Shown here: in pieces, positions 39,300 through 51,592 of the stretch
How the letters are laid out: each line of letters begins with the position of its first letter
Numbering within the stretch: the stretch's first letter is position 1
Source of the DNA: Octopus sinensis
Taxonomy: Eukaryota
Direction: 5' to 3'
DNA: 64,000 nt
NCBI RefSeq assembly: GCF_006345805.1
Contig: NC_043014.1
Span: 47,678,001 to 47,742,000, forward strand
Translations under genes and position numbers: made by a program
Notes under the pieces: model-generated
Told to the model about the DNA's origin: nothing
Seen by the model: only the letters and a program-made list of their open reading frames with translations
The model's database searches: none

Positions 39300-39830
39300 G
39301 GTCATAGCAATGAAGCTAAAGCACACAGAGTGAAACTGCTTGGCACAGATTGACCTTGAGCTCTGTTGTGCATGTGCACTAAGTTTTAGCATTCTAGCTC
39401 ACTTCCACTGTTTACAGCAGTGCTTGGAAGGAAGGTGTGTAGCATGTGATCATCGCATTGACCATGACAGAGAAAGTTTTCATGGCAATATCTGCTCTGA
39501 GCTCTACACAAAGTTGCAGAAAGTGTATGGAGAGGAGTGTTTGAGCCGCACACAAGCGTATGTGTGGTTCAGACATTTCCAAGACGACTGGAAAAATGTC
39601 AATATTGATGAACGTTCTGGGAGACCCACAACCAGCAGACCTGAGAAAAACATGCAGCTGTGAGATGAAATTGTCAAATTTTCATCCATGAGTTATCAGA
39701 GGATGTGCAGATTAATTACTGTTCAGTTCAGTCCATTATTACTGAAAATTTGGGTATGAGACGTATGTCAACTAAGTCTGTGCCAAAACTGCTTTCACCT
39801 GACCAAAATGACACTCAGATTTCATTTACA
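39300..39830 (+). mobile_element. Mariner transposase N-terminal (HTH) relic
   Basis: LQKVYGEECLSRTQAYVWFRHFQDDWKNVNIDERSGRP, then ITENLGMRRMSTKSVPKLLSPDQ. Confidence 0.85.
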
Positions 39831-39844
39831 CAATATCTCATTGA

Positions 39845-40730
39845 GTGAAAAGTAGATTGTATAATGCATGTGTGTGAACCGCCATGCTACATGACAGTGA
39901 AACATGGGCCATGACTGCTGAAGATATGCGTAGGCTTGAAAGAAATGAAGCTAGTATGATCTGCTGGATGTGTAATGTCAGTGTGCACACATGACAGAGT
40001 GTAAGCACCCTGAGAGAAATGTTGGACACAAGAAGCATCAAATGTGGTGTGCCGGTATGGTCATGTGCTGCATATAGATGAGGAGAGCTGTGTGAAGAAG
40101 TGCCACTCCCTAACAGTGGAAGAAACCCGTGGAAGAGGGAGACCCGGGAAGACATGGGATGAGGTGATGGAGCATGACCTTCAAACAGTGGGCCACACAG
40201 AAGCAATGATGAAAGATCGAGACCTCAGGAGAAATGCTGTGATTGAGAAGACCCAGGAAGGAAAGTGGGATCACAGCCTTAGCCTACACCAGTGTCACAT
40301 AACCAAACCATTTAAAAAGTACCTTTGAATCGTCAGGTGACATTCCATGCTTGAGGGTCAAGAAAATCAAAATCAAATCAAATGGAAATTGTAGTTGTGG
40401 TCATTACCAGTGCTGGTGGCACGCGATAAGCACCATTCAGTCATGCATGGGTCACTGCCAGTGTCGCCTGACTGGCTTCCTCTACCGGTGGCACATAAAA
40501 AGTACCATCTGAACATGACCAATGCCACTGCCGCCTGACTGGCTTCTATGCCAGTGACACGTAAAAAGCACCCACTACACTCTCAGAATGGTTGGCATTA
40601 GGAAGGCATCCGGCTGTAGAAACATTGTTAGATCAGATTGGAGCCTGGTGTGGCCTCCTGGCTTGCCAGTCTCTAGTCAAACCGTCAAACCCATGTAAAC
40701 CTGGAAAGTGGGCATTAAACGATGATGATG
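39845..40730 (+). mobile_element. RTE-type LINE 3' fragment: ORF end plus complete family C 3' UTR
   Basis: ETWAMTAEDMRRLERNEASM and RYGHVLHIDEESCVKKCHSLTVEETRGRGRPGKTWDEVMEHDL run directly into the family C block and (GAT)n tail. Confidence 0.85.
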
Positions 40731-40803
40731 TTTATATATATATGTGTCTATATTTGATTATATATGTATGTATGTACATATATATATATATACACATATT
40801 CAC

Positions 40804-40848
<45 letters not shown>

Positions 40849-42601
40849 GAGTAACTGATTAGTGGTGATAGAGGTGGTGATAGTCCAGTTGGTGGTATAG
40901 CTGCTGTTGTAGTAGTAATAGTAGTTGTTGTTGTGGTGGTGGTATGGTTGTACAGGTGGTACTTTAGTTGTTATAGTAGCAATAGTGGAATGGCAGCTGT
41001 AGTAGTAGTAGTAGTAGCAGCAGCAGTAGCAGCCACAGCAATGGTAGTAGTGGTGGTGGTATGCTTGTAGTGGGGGTGGGGGTAATAGTACAGGTGGTGG
41101 TATTATGAGAGAAATTTTATTAGAACAATGGGAAGTCAGGGATCTGATCTGTTTTACATTTTATTTCATCAGATTAAGGATAATGGGTGGAGGTGGGTGG
41201 GGGGGTAGGTGATGGTTTACAGCACCATGGGGGTGAATCAGATTGATGATGGTGGTAGTGACGGCGGGGGGGCGGGGTCAGTGGTGGTGGCAATGGCAGC
41301 GGTAAGTTTGTCTGAGAGTCTTGAAGAACAGAGAAAAGAACATTGCCAAATTAGTACAATATCAAATATACATACATGTGTGTGTGTGTGTGTTTATGTG
41401 TATGTACTCATACTCTCTTTACTCTTTTACTTGTTTCAGTCATTTGACTGCGGCCATGCTGGAGCACCGCGTTTTTTAATCGAGCAACTCGACCCCGGGA
41501 CTTATTCTTTTTATAAGCCCAGTACTTATTCTATCGGTCTCTTTTGCCGAACCACTAAGTAACGGGGACATAAACACACCAGCATCGGTTGTCAAGCAAT
41601 GCTAGGGGGACAAACACAGACACACAAGCACAGACACACGTATATATATATATATATATACACATATATACACATATATACGACGGGCTTCTTTCAGTTT
41701 CCGTCTACCAAATCCACTCACAAGGCTTTGGTCGGCTCGAGGCTATAGTAGAAGACACTTGCCCAAGGTGCCATGCAGTGGGACTGAACCCGGAACCATA
41801 TGGTTGGTAAACAAGCTACTTACCACACAGCCACTCCTGCACGTTTATTTTCATTGTACATTCATCATCATTTTACATCTGTTTTTCCATGCTGGCATGG
41901 ATCGGATAGGTCTGATACACACTTGTGCATCTAAATACACATGTACACACACAAGACACACAGTTGAATCTATACATACAAACACACACATACACACATA
42001 AAGTATAGTTATGTATACATGCACAGGAGTGGCTGTGTGGTAAGTAGCTTGCTAACCAACCACATGGTTCCGGGTTCAGTCCCTCTGCGTGGCATCTTGG
42101 GCAAGTGTCTTCTACTATAGCCTCGGGCTGACCAAAGCCTTATGAGTGTATTTGGTAGACGGAAACTGAAAGAAGCCCGTCGTATATATATATGTATGTG
42201 TGTGTGCATGTATATGCTTGTGTGTTCCCAACATCGCTTGACAATCGATGCTGGTGTGTTTACGTCCCCGTAACTTAGCAGTTCGGCAAAAGAGACCAAT
42301 AGAATAAGTACTAGGCTTATGAAGAATAAGCCCTGGGATCTTTTTACTCGACTATAGGTGGTGCTCCAGTATGGCCGCAGTCAAAATGACTGAAACCAGT
42401 AAAAGAGTATACATACATATATATTTTTCTTATTAATATTTACCAGAAGCGAGAGAGTGACTCAAGGGACGAGAGTTTCATGCGTTGGCACTTAACAAAC
42501 TTGAGCCACTCTCTTACTTCTGTTAAATATTAATAAAAATATATATCTAGTCATGTTTTGAGTTCCATTTCCCTGTTTGCATGACAAAACCTACATATAT
42601 A

Positions 42602-42790
42602 TAGGGGCAGAATTCACAAAAAAACAAAGGACGATACAGGTGGTGTAGACAACAAACAGATGTATTAGTATAACGCTAGGGAAGTGAAAAAGTCTTTAAC
42701 GTTTCGAGCCTATGCTCTTCCACAGAAAGAAACGAGGAGAGAAAATAAAGAATGAGTAGTAGCTGGCGATCTATCATGGCGAATGCTGGA
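42602..42790 (-). mobile_element. Penelope-like terminal-repeat fragment, second copy, with hammerhead-like motif at 42694-42729
   Basis: Minus strand reads CUUU-CUGUGGAA-GAGC(AUAG)GCUC-GAA-ACGU-U-AAAG. Confidence 0.55.
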
Positions 42791-43276
42791 CAGAAAGGTC
42801 ACACAGGAGAGCTAGGGAGAAGGGGAGATAATAAAGTAGTGGTGATCCCAAAAGGAATGTGCACATGCATGTGTATAAGGGAGTTTGTATGTGTAAGTGG
42901 AAGGGGGCTGGTGATTTTGACGTGTGCGTGTGTGCATGTGTACGTGTGGAAAGTGGGTCTGTATATAAATATATTTATATATATATATACATACATACAG
43001 AGTCTGTCAAAACAATGTATGCATATTCCAGGAGAGGAAAAATCTGCTTAAATTTTTAATTTGTTTAAGTATTCCTAAAAATATAAATATCTCTTTTGAT
43101 GTTTTATCAAATTGCAATAACACTGAATTAAAAAGTTTATACAGATTTTTTTCCTTTCTTGAAGTGTGTATACATATTTTTTTTTTGTAGACTCTGTGTG
43201 TGTGTGTGGGGGGGAGGTATGTATATATATATATGTATTTACATACACATATGTATATATGTATATATATATATAT

Positions 43277-43309
<33 letters not shown>

Positions 43310-44148
43310 CATACATATGTATATATATACATACATATGTATATATATATATACATATGTATATATATACATACATATGTATATATATAATACATATGTA
43401 TATATTATATATACATATGTATATATATATATATACATATGTATATATATTATATATACATATATATATATTATATATACATATGTATATATATATACAT
43501 ATATATATACATATGTATATGTATATATATAGATAGATAGATAGATAGATATAGATATATAAATCTGTACAAATATAAGATATAAAATATCAGCTGCATT
43601 AGTGGTGGCAACGAGTAAAAATGAAGAGACTGCAGTGTTGCTGCTGCTGTTGTTGATGATGATGATGGCAGTGATGTTTCAGATGGTGGTAGTGTTTGGA
43701 GGGAGGGGTGGCAGCAATGAAGAAGTTTGGAGATGGGGGGGTGATGGAATTGGTAGTGCCAGGGGGTAGTCAATAATGGTGGCAGCACTGATGATGAAGT
43801 AATCTCAGTGATGGTGGTGGTGCTGGTGGTGATTGTGGTGGTGGTGGTGCTGGTGGTGGTGATTGTGGTGGTGGTGGTGGTGCTGGTGCTGGTGATTGTG
43901 GTGGTGGTGGTGCTGGTGATTGTGGTGGTGGTGGTGCTGGTGATTGTGGTGGTGGTGGTGATTGTGGCAGTGGTGGTGGAGAAGATCATTAGACTTGCAT
44001 TGCATTGCATTCTAGTTGTTTTATGACCTCCAAAGGCAACTGAAGAACTAGCACATCAACAACAGCAACAACAACAACAACAACAGCAAGTGTCTTTAAG
44101 AACTCCAAATAACCCCTACATCACTGGAGGCATATTGTTCCTATCAGC

Positions 44149-44165
44149 ATGCATTGTACCAAAAG
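44149..44165 (+). CDS. GGT-like putative first coding exon (MHCTK-R)
   Basis: agcATG with A at -3 and an in-frame upstream TAA (44110-44112). Strong donor AAAG|gtaagt; phase 2 joins exon 2 to give MHCTKRGKLAVLSIGVLVAMIL. Confidence 0.55.
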
Positions 44166-44433
44166 GTAAGTTCTATGTTTTTAGCTCTACTCTTTCTAAA
44201 CAGGATTCATTATATTGTTACATGTGCACTCACACACACACACACACAAACACACATGACAGAACTGGATCTCCTCCTGTCAAGGGTTCCGGATGAGCCT
44301 ACCTCATGGCAGGAAACAGATGAGGGCAGCGACATCAAATTCCATCATTCACCAAATGCCACATAATGAAATGAAAGCCAACGTTGGTGCCCCTGTATGG
44401 CTGAAGCTTTCATGCTGCAATCAGTTAAAGGGT

Positions 44434-44471
<38 letters not shown>

Positions 44472-44519
44472 CTTAGAATAACTTAGAAAGGTTTTGGCCA
44501 GTATTGGCCCAGGCCATGT

Positions 44520-44790
44520 CTAACTTAATAGCACCACCTGGCGAAGTCTTTCAATTCAGGATTTGGGCACCAAGGCCCATTTGAGCAGAGAGTTATTGTT
44601 TGCGGAGACATATCCAGGTGTGGGTGGTTTGTCCGGGACAGTTTGAAGGAATTTGTCCAAAGACTTCTTGAATTTGTGTGTGGTCAGTTTCTGTTTTGAC
44701 GTGTCTTGGTGTAATGTTGAAGAGAGCGAGTCCAATTGAGGTGAAATAATTGTGCCGTATTGTTGTTATGAGATGCGATTTAGATTTTTG
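44520..44790 (-). mobile_element. CR1/L2-group LINE C-terminal relic
   Basis: Across a frameshift: SHLITTIRHNYFTSIGLALFNITPRHVK..KFKKSLDKFLQTVPDKPPTPGYVSANNNSLLKW. Confidence 0.7.
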
Positions 44791-45849
44791 TTATATATAT
44801 ATATATAAATGTTCTTTCTCGAACCATGCCAGGCCCATAAGGACCAGTTTCCCGGTTTCAGTGGTGTAGAAACTTCCCCCTCGACAGGAGACCGGTCCAT
44901 CGCAAGATTACTCATTTTTGTCACTCAAGAACACAATGCATCGCCCGGTCCAGGAATCGAAACCACAACCTTATGATCATGGGTTAAGGCAGCAAGCTGG
45001 CAGAATCTTTAGCTTGCTGGACGAAATGCTTAGCAATATTTTGCCCGTCGCTACATTCTGAGTTCAAATTTCGCTGAGGTCGACTTTACCTTCCATCCTT
45101 TCAGGGTCGATAAAATAAGTACCAGTTGAATCCTGGGGTTGATTTAATCCACTCATCCCCTCCCCCAAAATTGCTGCCCTTCTGGCAAAATTTGTACCTA
45201 TTATTTTCGGCAGGTTTTTATGGTTGGGTTCCTTTCCTATCACCAACCACTTCACAGCAATGGCTGGATGCATTTAATCATGTCATTGAAGAGTTTTCTC
45301 TACCTACACACTTTCTTCCTTCCATTCTTCTGTTTCCATTTTTATGTGTTGCATGTCCCTCTTTACTCTTTTACTCTTTTACTTGTTTCAGTCATTTGAC
45401 TGCGGCCATGCTGGAGCACCGCATTTAGTCGAGCACATCTGCCAGCCTCGTCTGGCACCTGTGTCAGTGGCACATAAAAAACACCATCTGAGCGTGGCCG
45501 TCTGCCAGCCTCGTCTGGCACCTGTGTCGGAGGCACATAAAATCACCCACTACACTCTCAGAGTGGTTGGCGTTAGGAAGGGCATCCAGCTGTAGAAACA
45601 CTGCCAGATCTGACTGGCCTGGTGTAGCCTTCGGGCTTGCCAGACCCCAGTTGAACCGTCCAACCCATGCTAGCATGGAAAGCGGACGTTAAACGATGAT
45701 GATTAAACGACGATCGACCCCGGGACTTATTCTTTGTAAGCCCAGTACTTATTCTATCGGTCTCTTTTGCCGAACCGCTAAGTGACAGGGACATAAACAT
45801 CGGTTGTCAAGCAATACTAGGGGGACAAACACAGACACAAACATACACG

Positions 45850-45900
<51 letters not shown>

Positions 45901-46234
45901 GATGGGTTTCTTCCAGTTTCCGTCTACCAAATCCACTCACAAGGCATTGGTCGGCCCGAGGCTATAGTAGAAGACACTTGCCCAAGGTGCCACGCAGTGG
46001 GACTGAACCCGGAACCATGTGGTTGGTTAGCAAGCTACTTACCACACAGCCACTCCTGCGCCTATGTCTATTTAGAATTACAAGTAAGCATGAAGTAAAA
46101 TGTAAAAATATTATCTTTCTCAAGTCACAAAATTCAGATTGTCAGAAAACAGAGTCTCAAATGGTTTATGCATAAGAGAAACATGGAATAGGCTAACTTT
46201 AGACATGTAATCTGCATTACTGTGGGAAAATATA

Positions 46235-46751
46235 TCTATATATATAAAACTCTAGTTGTGTGAGTGTCTGTCCCCTTCGATTTAGATTCCTAACTCCTCC
46301 CACATTTTGCTGTGCAGTTTAACCAAATTCGGGTATCTTATAGTCGTGATTAATATCGAGCCCGTCTGAGTATTAGCGCGCGTCAACGATGAGTCTACGA
46401 TTTTAAAAATAATTTATTATCATTTTTTATTCCATTTTAATGCATAATTTTTCGTGTGTCGATGGCGGCGGAGTTGGCGTCCACGCTCAAACACCTGCAC
46501 CTGTGTTTGCTTCTCCCCCTTCTTCCCTCCCTCGTGAAGCTGTGGGGAAGGGAGTGTAAAGAAATCAATGTCGTAATGCGTTGTCAAGGAGACCAGCGTT
46601 CTTTTAGAACACCGACTTCATGGCTTGAAGACACCAAAACAGAAATGGCTAAGAAAGCCCGAATTGGCATCTATAAGGGAAGTAACTCTCTAAAAATGCT
46701 TATATAGTTATTTCCCTTACAAACCCGAGCAACGCCGGGCGATACTGCTAG
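46235..46751 (+). mobile_element. Non-autonomous Helitron, long variant
   Basis: A|TC at 46235; hairpin CCCGAGCAACGCCGGG at 46724-46739; CTAG|T at 46748-46751. Confidence 0.9.
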
Positions 46752-46829
46752 TGAATTATAAACCACATGCAAAAAAGTAATGTTCTTACATATTTGGTCC
46801 CAAATTAATGTCATGTACCTCTGCTGTAA

Positions 46830-47520
46830 TACGTGTGTGTGTGTGTGTGTGTGTAAGTGTATGTAAGTGTTTGTGTAAGTGTGTGTGTGCATGTGTGTAA
46901 GTGTGTGTGTGTATAAGTGTTTGTATGTTTGTGTGTGTGTGTGTGTGTGTGTATGTGTAAGTGTATGTAAGTGTGTGTGTGTGTGTAAGTGTATGTAAGT
47001 GTTTGTGTAAGTGTGTGTGTGTAAGTGTGTGTGTGTATAAGTGTTTGTATGTTTGTGTGTGTGTGTGTGTGTGTATGTGTAAGTGTATGTAAGTGTGTGT
47101 GTGTGTGTAAGTGTATGTAAGTGTTTGTGTAAGTGTGTGTGTGCATGTGTGTAAGTGTGTGTGTGTATAAGTGTTTGTATGTTTGTGTGTGTGTGTGTGT
47201 GTAAGTATGTGTAAGTGTATGTAAGTGTTTGTGTGTGTGTAAGTGTATGTAAGTGTTTGTGTAAGTGTGTGTGTAAGTGTTTGTGTGTGTGTGTGTAAGT
47301 ATGTGTAAGTGTATGTAAGTGTTTGTGTGAGTGTGTGTAAGTGTTTGTGTGTTTGTGTAAGTATGTGTGCGTGTAAGTGTGTGTGCATAAGTGTGTGTAT
47401 AAGTGTGTGTGTATGTGTGCATAAGTGGGTGTGTGTGTAAGTGTATGTAAGTGCTTGTGTGTTTGTGTAAGTGTGTGTGTGTAAGTGTGTATAAGTGTGT
47501 GTGTGTGTAAGTGTGTTTAT
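46830..47520. repeat. Compound (GT)n/GTAA satellite with higher-order units
   Basis: Recurring blocks such as aagtgtatgtaagtgtttgtgtaagtgtgtgtg; ends about 40 nt before the GGT exon 2 acceptor. Confidence 0.92.
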
Positions 47521-47561
47521 GTATGCATACATATTTATTTATTTATTTATATGACTTACAG

Positions 47562-47732
47562 AGGAAAGTTGGCTGTACTCTCCATTGGTGTGTTGGTTGC
47601 TATGATCCTCGTCTGTTACTTCTACTTGATCCAAAAGAGCAGATTCCGCTTTGCCGTATCTGGTTCCAAATTGTTAGAATACAACCAGGCAGCAATCACA
47701 AGCGATTCATCTATGTGTTCCCAACTTGGCAT
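47562..47732 (+). CDS. GGT-like exon 2 (signal anchor plus first strand)
   Basis: ttacag| ... AT|gtaagt; GKLAVLSIGVLVAMILVCYFYLIQKSRFRFAVSGSKLLEYNQAAITSDSSMCSQLG. Confidence 0.88.
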
Positions 47733-48160
47733 GTAAGTAATTCCCTCTTGTTAAGATTATATATTTAAATATTGATATATATATATATCTGTGGAGGTGC
47801 AATGGCCCAGTGGTTAGGGCAGCGGACTCGCAGTCGTAGGATCGCGGTTTCGATTCCCAGACCGGGCGTTGTGAGTGTTTATTGAGTGGAAACACTTAAA
47901 AGCTCCACGAGGCTCCACGAGGCTCCAGCAGGGGGGGGGGATCCCTGCTGTACTCTTTCACCACTCTTTCTCCCACTCTTTCTTCTGTTGGCCTGCTCGC
48001 TTAGCCAGCGGGGTGACGTCATTCAAAGGCTAAAACAATGCATTGTGACCAGCGATGTGTAACAACATCTGATGGTCTGGTTGGTCACTTGACGTGATAT
48101 ATATATATCTACAGTATCAACATTCTTGAAATATTTCCAATTCCACATGTGTTTTAACAG

Positions 48161-48286
48161 GTCAATTCTGAGGGAGAAGAACGGAAGTACAATTGATTCT
48201 GTCATTGTCACTTTGGTTTGTATGGCACTTGACCAACCGATGTCCACAGGAATTGGAGGCAGTTTAATTATGAATATCTATGACAG
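48161..48286 (+). CDS. GGT-like exon 3
   Basis: taacag| ... AG|gtcagt; SILREKNGSTIDSVIVTLVCMALDQPMSTGIGGSLIMNIYD. Confidence 0.92.
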
Positions 48287-48878
48287 GTCAGTTCAAAATT
48301 TCCCTTACCTTTACCACAAACTAACTCCAAACCATTCTTGCTCTGTCCGAGAATATTCTCTCAGTTCATCTTCTTTTATAATAATGAAATTATTGTATAC
48401 AGTGCTCAGGTGCACCACAACTTGTCAGAAAGTGCGTATAAAGTATATGCAGTAATGTACAAATGTCTGGGAAGTGAACAGTGTATGAGTCAGATACATG
48501 CTTGCGTGTGTATGGAGGGGAGAAAATCAGGTGTAGTGTTGGCGAATTTCAGGAAGCATGGAAGTTTTGAAGGATGCAGTGCTCCGACAACTAACAACTG
48601 ATGCCGGCAGTTTGTTCCATGCTTCAGCAACTCTCAGCGTGAAAAAATGTTTCCTAAAGTCATGGGAGCTGTGCTGTTTTCTGACTTTGTAAACATGTCC
48701 ATGGGTGTTAGACGGGTGGAGTTCGAAAAGGTGCTCAGAGTTATTGTTTGTAAGATGGTTTTTTTTTTCATTTTTGTTACTATGGTTATTGTTTCTATGA
48801 TCTCATCGTTATTGCTATCATTGTCCTTACAGTCATCACTATCACCATAATTACAACCATTATCAACATCATCATCAC

Positions 48879-48913
<35 letters not shown>

Positions 48914-48914
48914 C

Positions 48915-48952
<38 letters not shown>

Positions 48953-49141
48953 CAACTACTATCATCTGCTGCAGCATCACAATCAATACTGTTATCATCA
49001 TCATCATCATCACCAACATCATCATTACCATCATCGTTAAAAAAGGACTTTGAGAAATGTCTTCTACTATGACCCCCAAGTCAACCAAAATTTTGTGGTT
49101 TGGTAGACAGAAACTGAAAGACTCCTTTTATATGTGTATAT

Positions 49142-49180
<39 letters not shown>

Positions 49181-49267
49181 TCCATCAGCCAAATCCTGCA
49201 TCTTCCATTGAGCCGAATTTCCTCAAAAGGCATTGTTCTGATGATGATGATGTTGTCGTTGTTGCAG

Positions 49268-49353
49268 TAAATCTCAAAAGAATGTCATCATAGATGCCTC
49301 TGGTAAATCACCACATCATGTGGCCAGCCTGAAGAATATGTCTCACCTGAAAG
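49268..49353 (+). CDS. GGT-like exon 4
   Basis: ttgcag| ... AAAG|gtaact; KSQKNVIIDASGKSPHHVASLKNMSHLK. Phases 2 in and 1 out bridge exons 3 and 5; length matches the GGT AREXAP exon. Absent from the ORF track. Confidence 0.75.
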
Positions 49354-49571
49354 GTAACTACACTACTTCCACCCGTCTACCTATCTGTGTGTCTACCTCT
49401 CTCCCACTTTCTCTCTCTTCCTCTCTCTCCCCCTCCCCATCTCTCTGTATATAGCAATCTATTTTCCCCCTCTCAAAGTGTCATGTGCATCTAGAATAAT
49501 ATAATGTTTTAAACAAAAATGGGATGGCCATGGCTGGAACACCTTTCATCATAGATCAGACATGTAATTAA

Positions 49572-49791
49572 CCCTTTTGTTACTGCATTTATTTTGAGAT
49601 GCCCTGTGTTTCTTTCAATTACTTTAAATATAACAAATACTTTAATAAAATAATTTAGTTACCATTAAGCTGGTGTTAGGAACATAAATTGTGACTAAGG
49701 TTTGGTGGAAGATTTTAATTCAAAACTTACGAAAACAAGACATTTGTACTCAGAGCCAGAGCCGGTTTCAGCCGGGTTGGTAATGAAAGGG
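49572..49791. mobile_element. Second piggyBac-like MITE family
   Basis: TTAA|CCCTTTTGTTAC ... GTAATGAAAGGG|TTAA; one end recurs at about 34500-34558. Confidence 0.7.
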
Positions 49792-49809
49792 TTAAACACT
49801 AATGCTAAC

Positions 49810-50600
49810 AACCCTAGACACTATTCTGTAACACTACTGCAATACACTATATTGTACTACCACACGACATGATCTTACAATCGCACAGCATGTCCTCACC
49901 AACACACAACATGCCCTCATCACAACACATCTTGCTTTCATTACCACAGAAAATGCCCTCATTGCAATGAGGCGAGCTGGCAGAATTGTTAGCACGCTGG
50001 GCGAAATGCTTAGCGGTGTTTCGTCTGCCGTTACTTTCTGAGTTCAAATTCTGCTGAGGTTGACTTTGCCTTTCATCCTTTCGGGGTCAATAAATTAAGC
50101 ACCAGTTACGTACTGGGGTCAATGTAGTCAACTTAATCCCTTTGTCTGTCCTTGTTTGTCCCCTCTATGTTTAGCCCCCTGTGGGTAATAAAGAAATAAG
50201 AAAATGCCTTCATCACAGTGCATCATGCTCTTACTACCACACAACATATCCTCACCACAAAACAACATACACTCACCACAAAGCACCATGTCCTCACAAC
50301 CACACAACATGATCTCATTACCATACAAGATATCCTCACTCCAGTTTAAGATACAAGATATCCTCACTCCAGTATAACATGCCCTCAATATCACATAGCA
50401 TGCTCTCTCTATGCACAACATGCTTTCACTAACATACAAGATACCCTCTACTGCAATACAACATACCCTCGGTATCACACAACATACCCTCATACACAAC
50501 ACAACTTTTCTTTACCGCCACACAACATGCCCTCACCAAAAAATAATATGCCCTCACTAACACACACCATCATGCTCTCACTACCACACGGCATGCCTTT
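49810..50600. repeat. Degenerate ~20-bp minisatellite (cacaacatgccctcac-like), interrupted by SINE A
   Basis: Repeating CACAACATG / CCCTCAC motifs. Confidence 0.8.
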
Positions 50601-50613
50601 ACAACCACCCAAA

Positions 50614-51104
50614 GTCCATCCCCTCCTCACCGTGGTGGGGACGCTGGCAATGGGTAGTGTCAGAGCTATGCCGTCGGGAACTTCGGTTCTTGGTAGGGCC
50701 ACCCAAGGCGGATTGATCTGACACCAAGTGGTATTAGGGCCACAACCTGGCAGACGGTGAAAATCCTTGGAGTGTCTGTTTCGGCAACCGGTGGCTCCTC
50801 GGTCGTTCTGTCCCTGCGTCTGCGGACAATCTACGGCAAACAGGATGTCTCTACATGCGGGATTGTTGGGGACCGCTTGTGAAATCCACATATTCCCACG
50901 AAACTTCTTCCATGAATTCTTAATGGCGAATACAATGGCAACATCGGCCTGCGCCAATGGAACCGTGACTGGCTCGCTATCTCCAGTGAACTGGCACAGG
51001 ACTGTCGTGCGTGGGCTGCCATGGTTCGAGATGCCTCGAGGGTGGTAGAAGAAGCCGACTCAACCCACCCAGGGTGAATGGCGCCACAAGTACAAGTAAG
51101 TAAG
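50614..51104 (+). mobile_element. Short RTE-like element: GC-rich 5' part joined to ORF tip and (CAAGTA)n-like tail
   Basis: Ends WNRDWLAISSELAQDCRAWAAMVRDASRVVEEADSTHPG-stop, then caagtacaagtaagtaag. Confidence 0.65.
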
Positions 51105-51592
51105 CCTAAACACAACCTGATGGTCAATATAGAGACCAAACTGTGTCATATGTCAATGCAAAGGATCTGTAAAATAGTGCCACATATTTGATTTTCCAAC
51201 TCTATTCCCCTTAACAATACCAACTGACTAGAGTGTTCCCTTAGAGCTGGCAGAATCGTTAGCACGCCGGGCGAAATGCTTAGGGGTATTTCGTCTGCGG
51301 CTTCGTTCTGAGTTCAAATTCTGCCGAGGTCGACTTTGCCTTTCATCCTTTCGGGGTCGATAAATTAAGTACCAGTTACGCACTGGGGTCGATATAATCG
51401 ACTTGATCCGTTTGTCTGTCTTTGTTTGTCCCCTCTGTGTTTAGCCCCTTGTGGGTAGTAAAGAAATAGAGTGTTCCCTTAGCAACCACAACAATACTTT
51501 CTGAATTACACAAGTCACATGACCATCTCAGCCAGAATCTCTCCCCCCTCTCAGTACACTCCTTACTCCTATGACCTTTCCAATTGATGCAG

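Noticed and set aside
43471-44026. Thr-, His- or Val-rich mucin-like ORFs (also 60176-60917)
   Set aside because: They are (GTG/CAC)n trinucleotide tracts with no splice or homology support; the 60176 set lies antisense to a real GGT exon.
34687-44149. Functional link or hidden gene between MRPL39 and the GGT-like gene
   Set aside because: The interval resolves into TEs and simple repeats with no spliceable non-TE coding exons that I could find. Adjacency alone implies no shared pathway.
44042-44165. Poly-Gln coding exon (EELAHQQQQ...)
   Set aside because: That frame has an upstream TGA (44024-44026), no ATG, and the wrong phase for GGT exon 2. It is better read as 5' UTR.
50614-50725. Canonical HDV-like ribozyme call
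   Set aside because: I could not assign P1, P3/L3 and P1.1 consistently, so it is kept only as a structured-RNA candidate.
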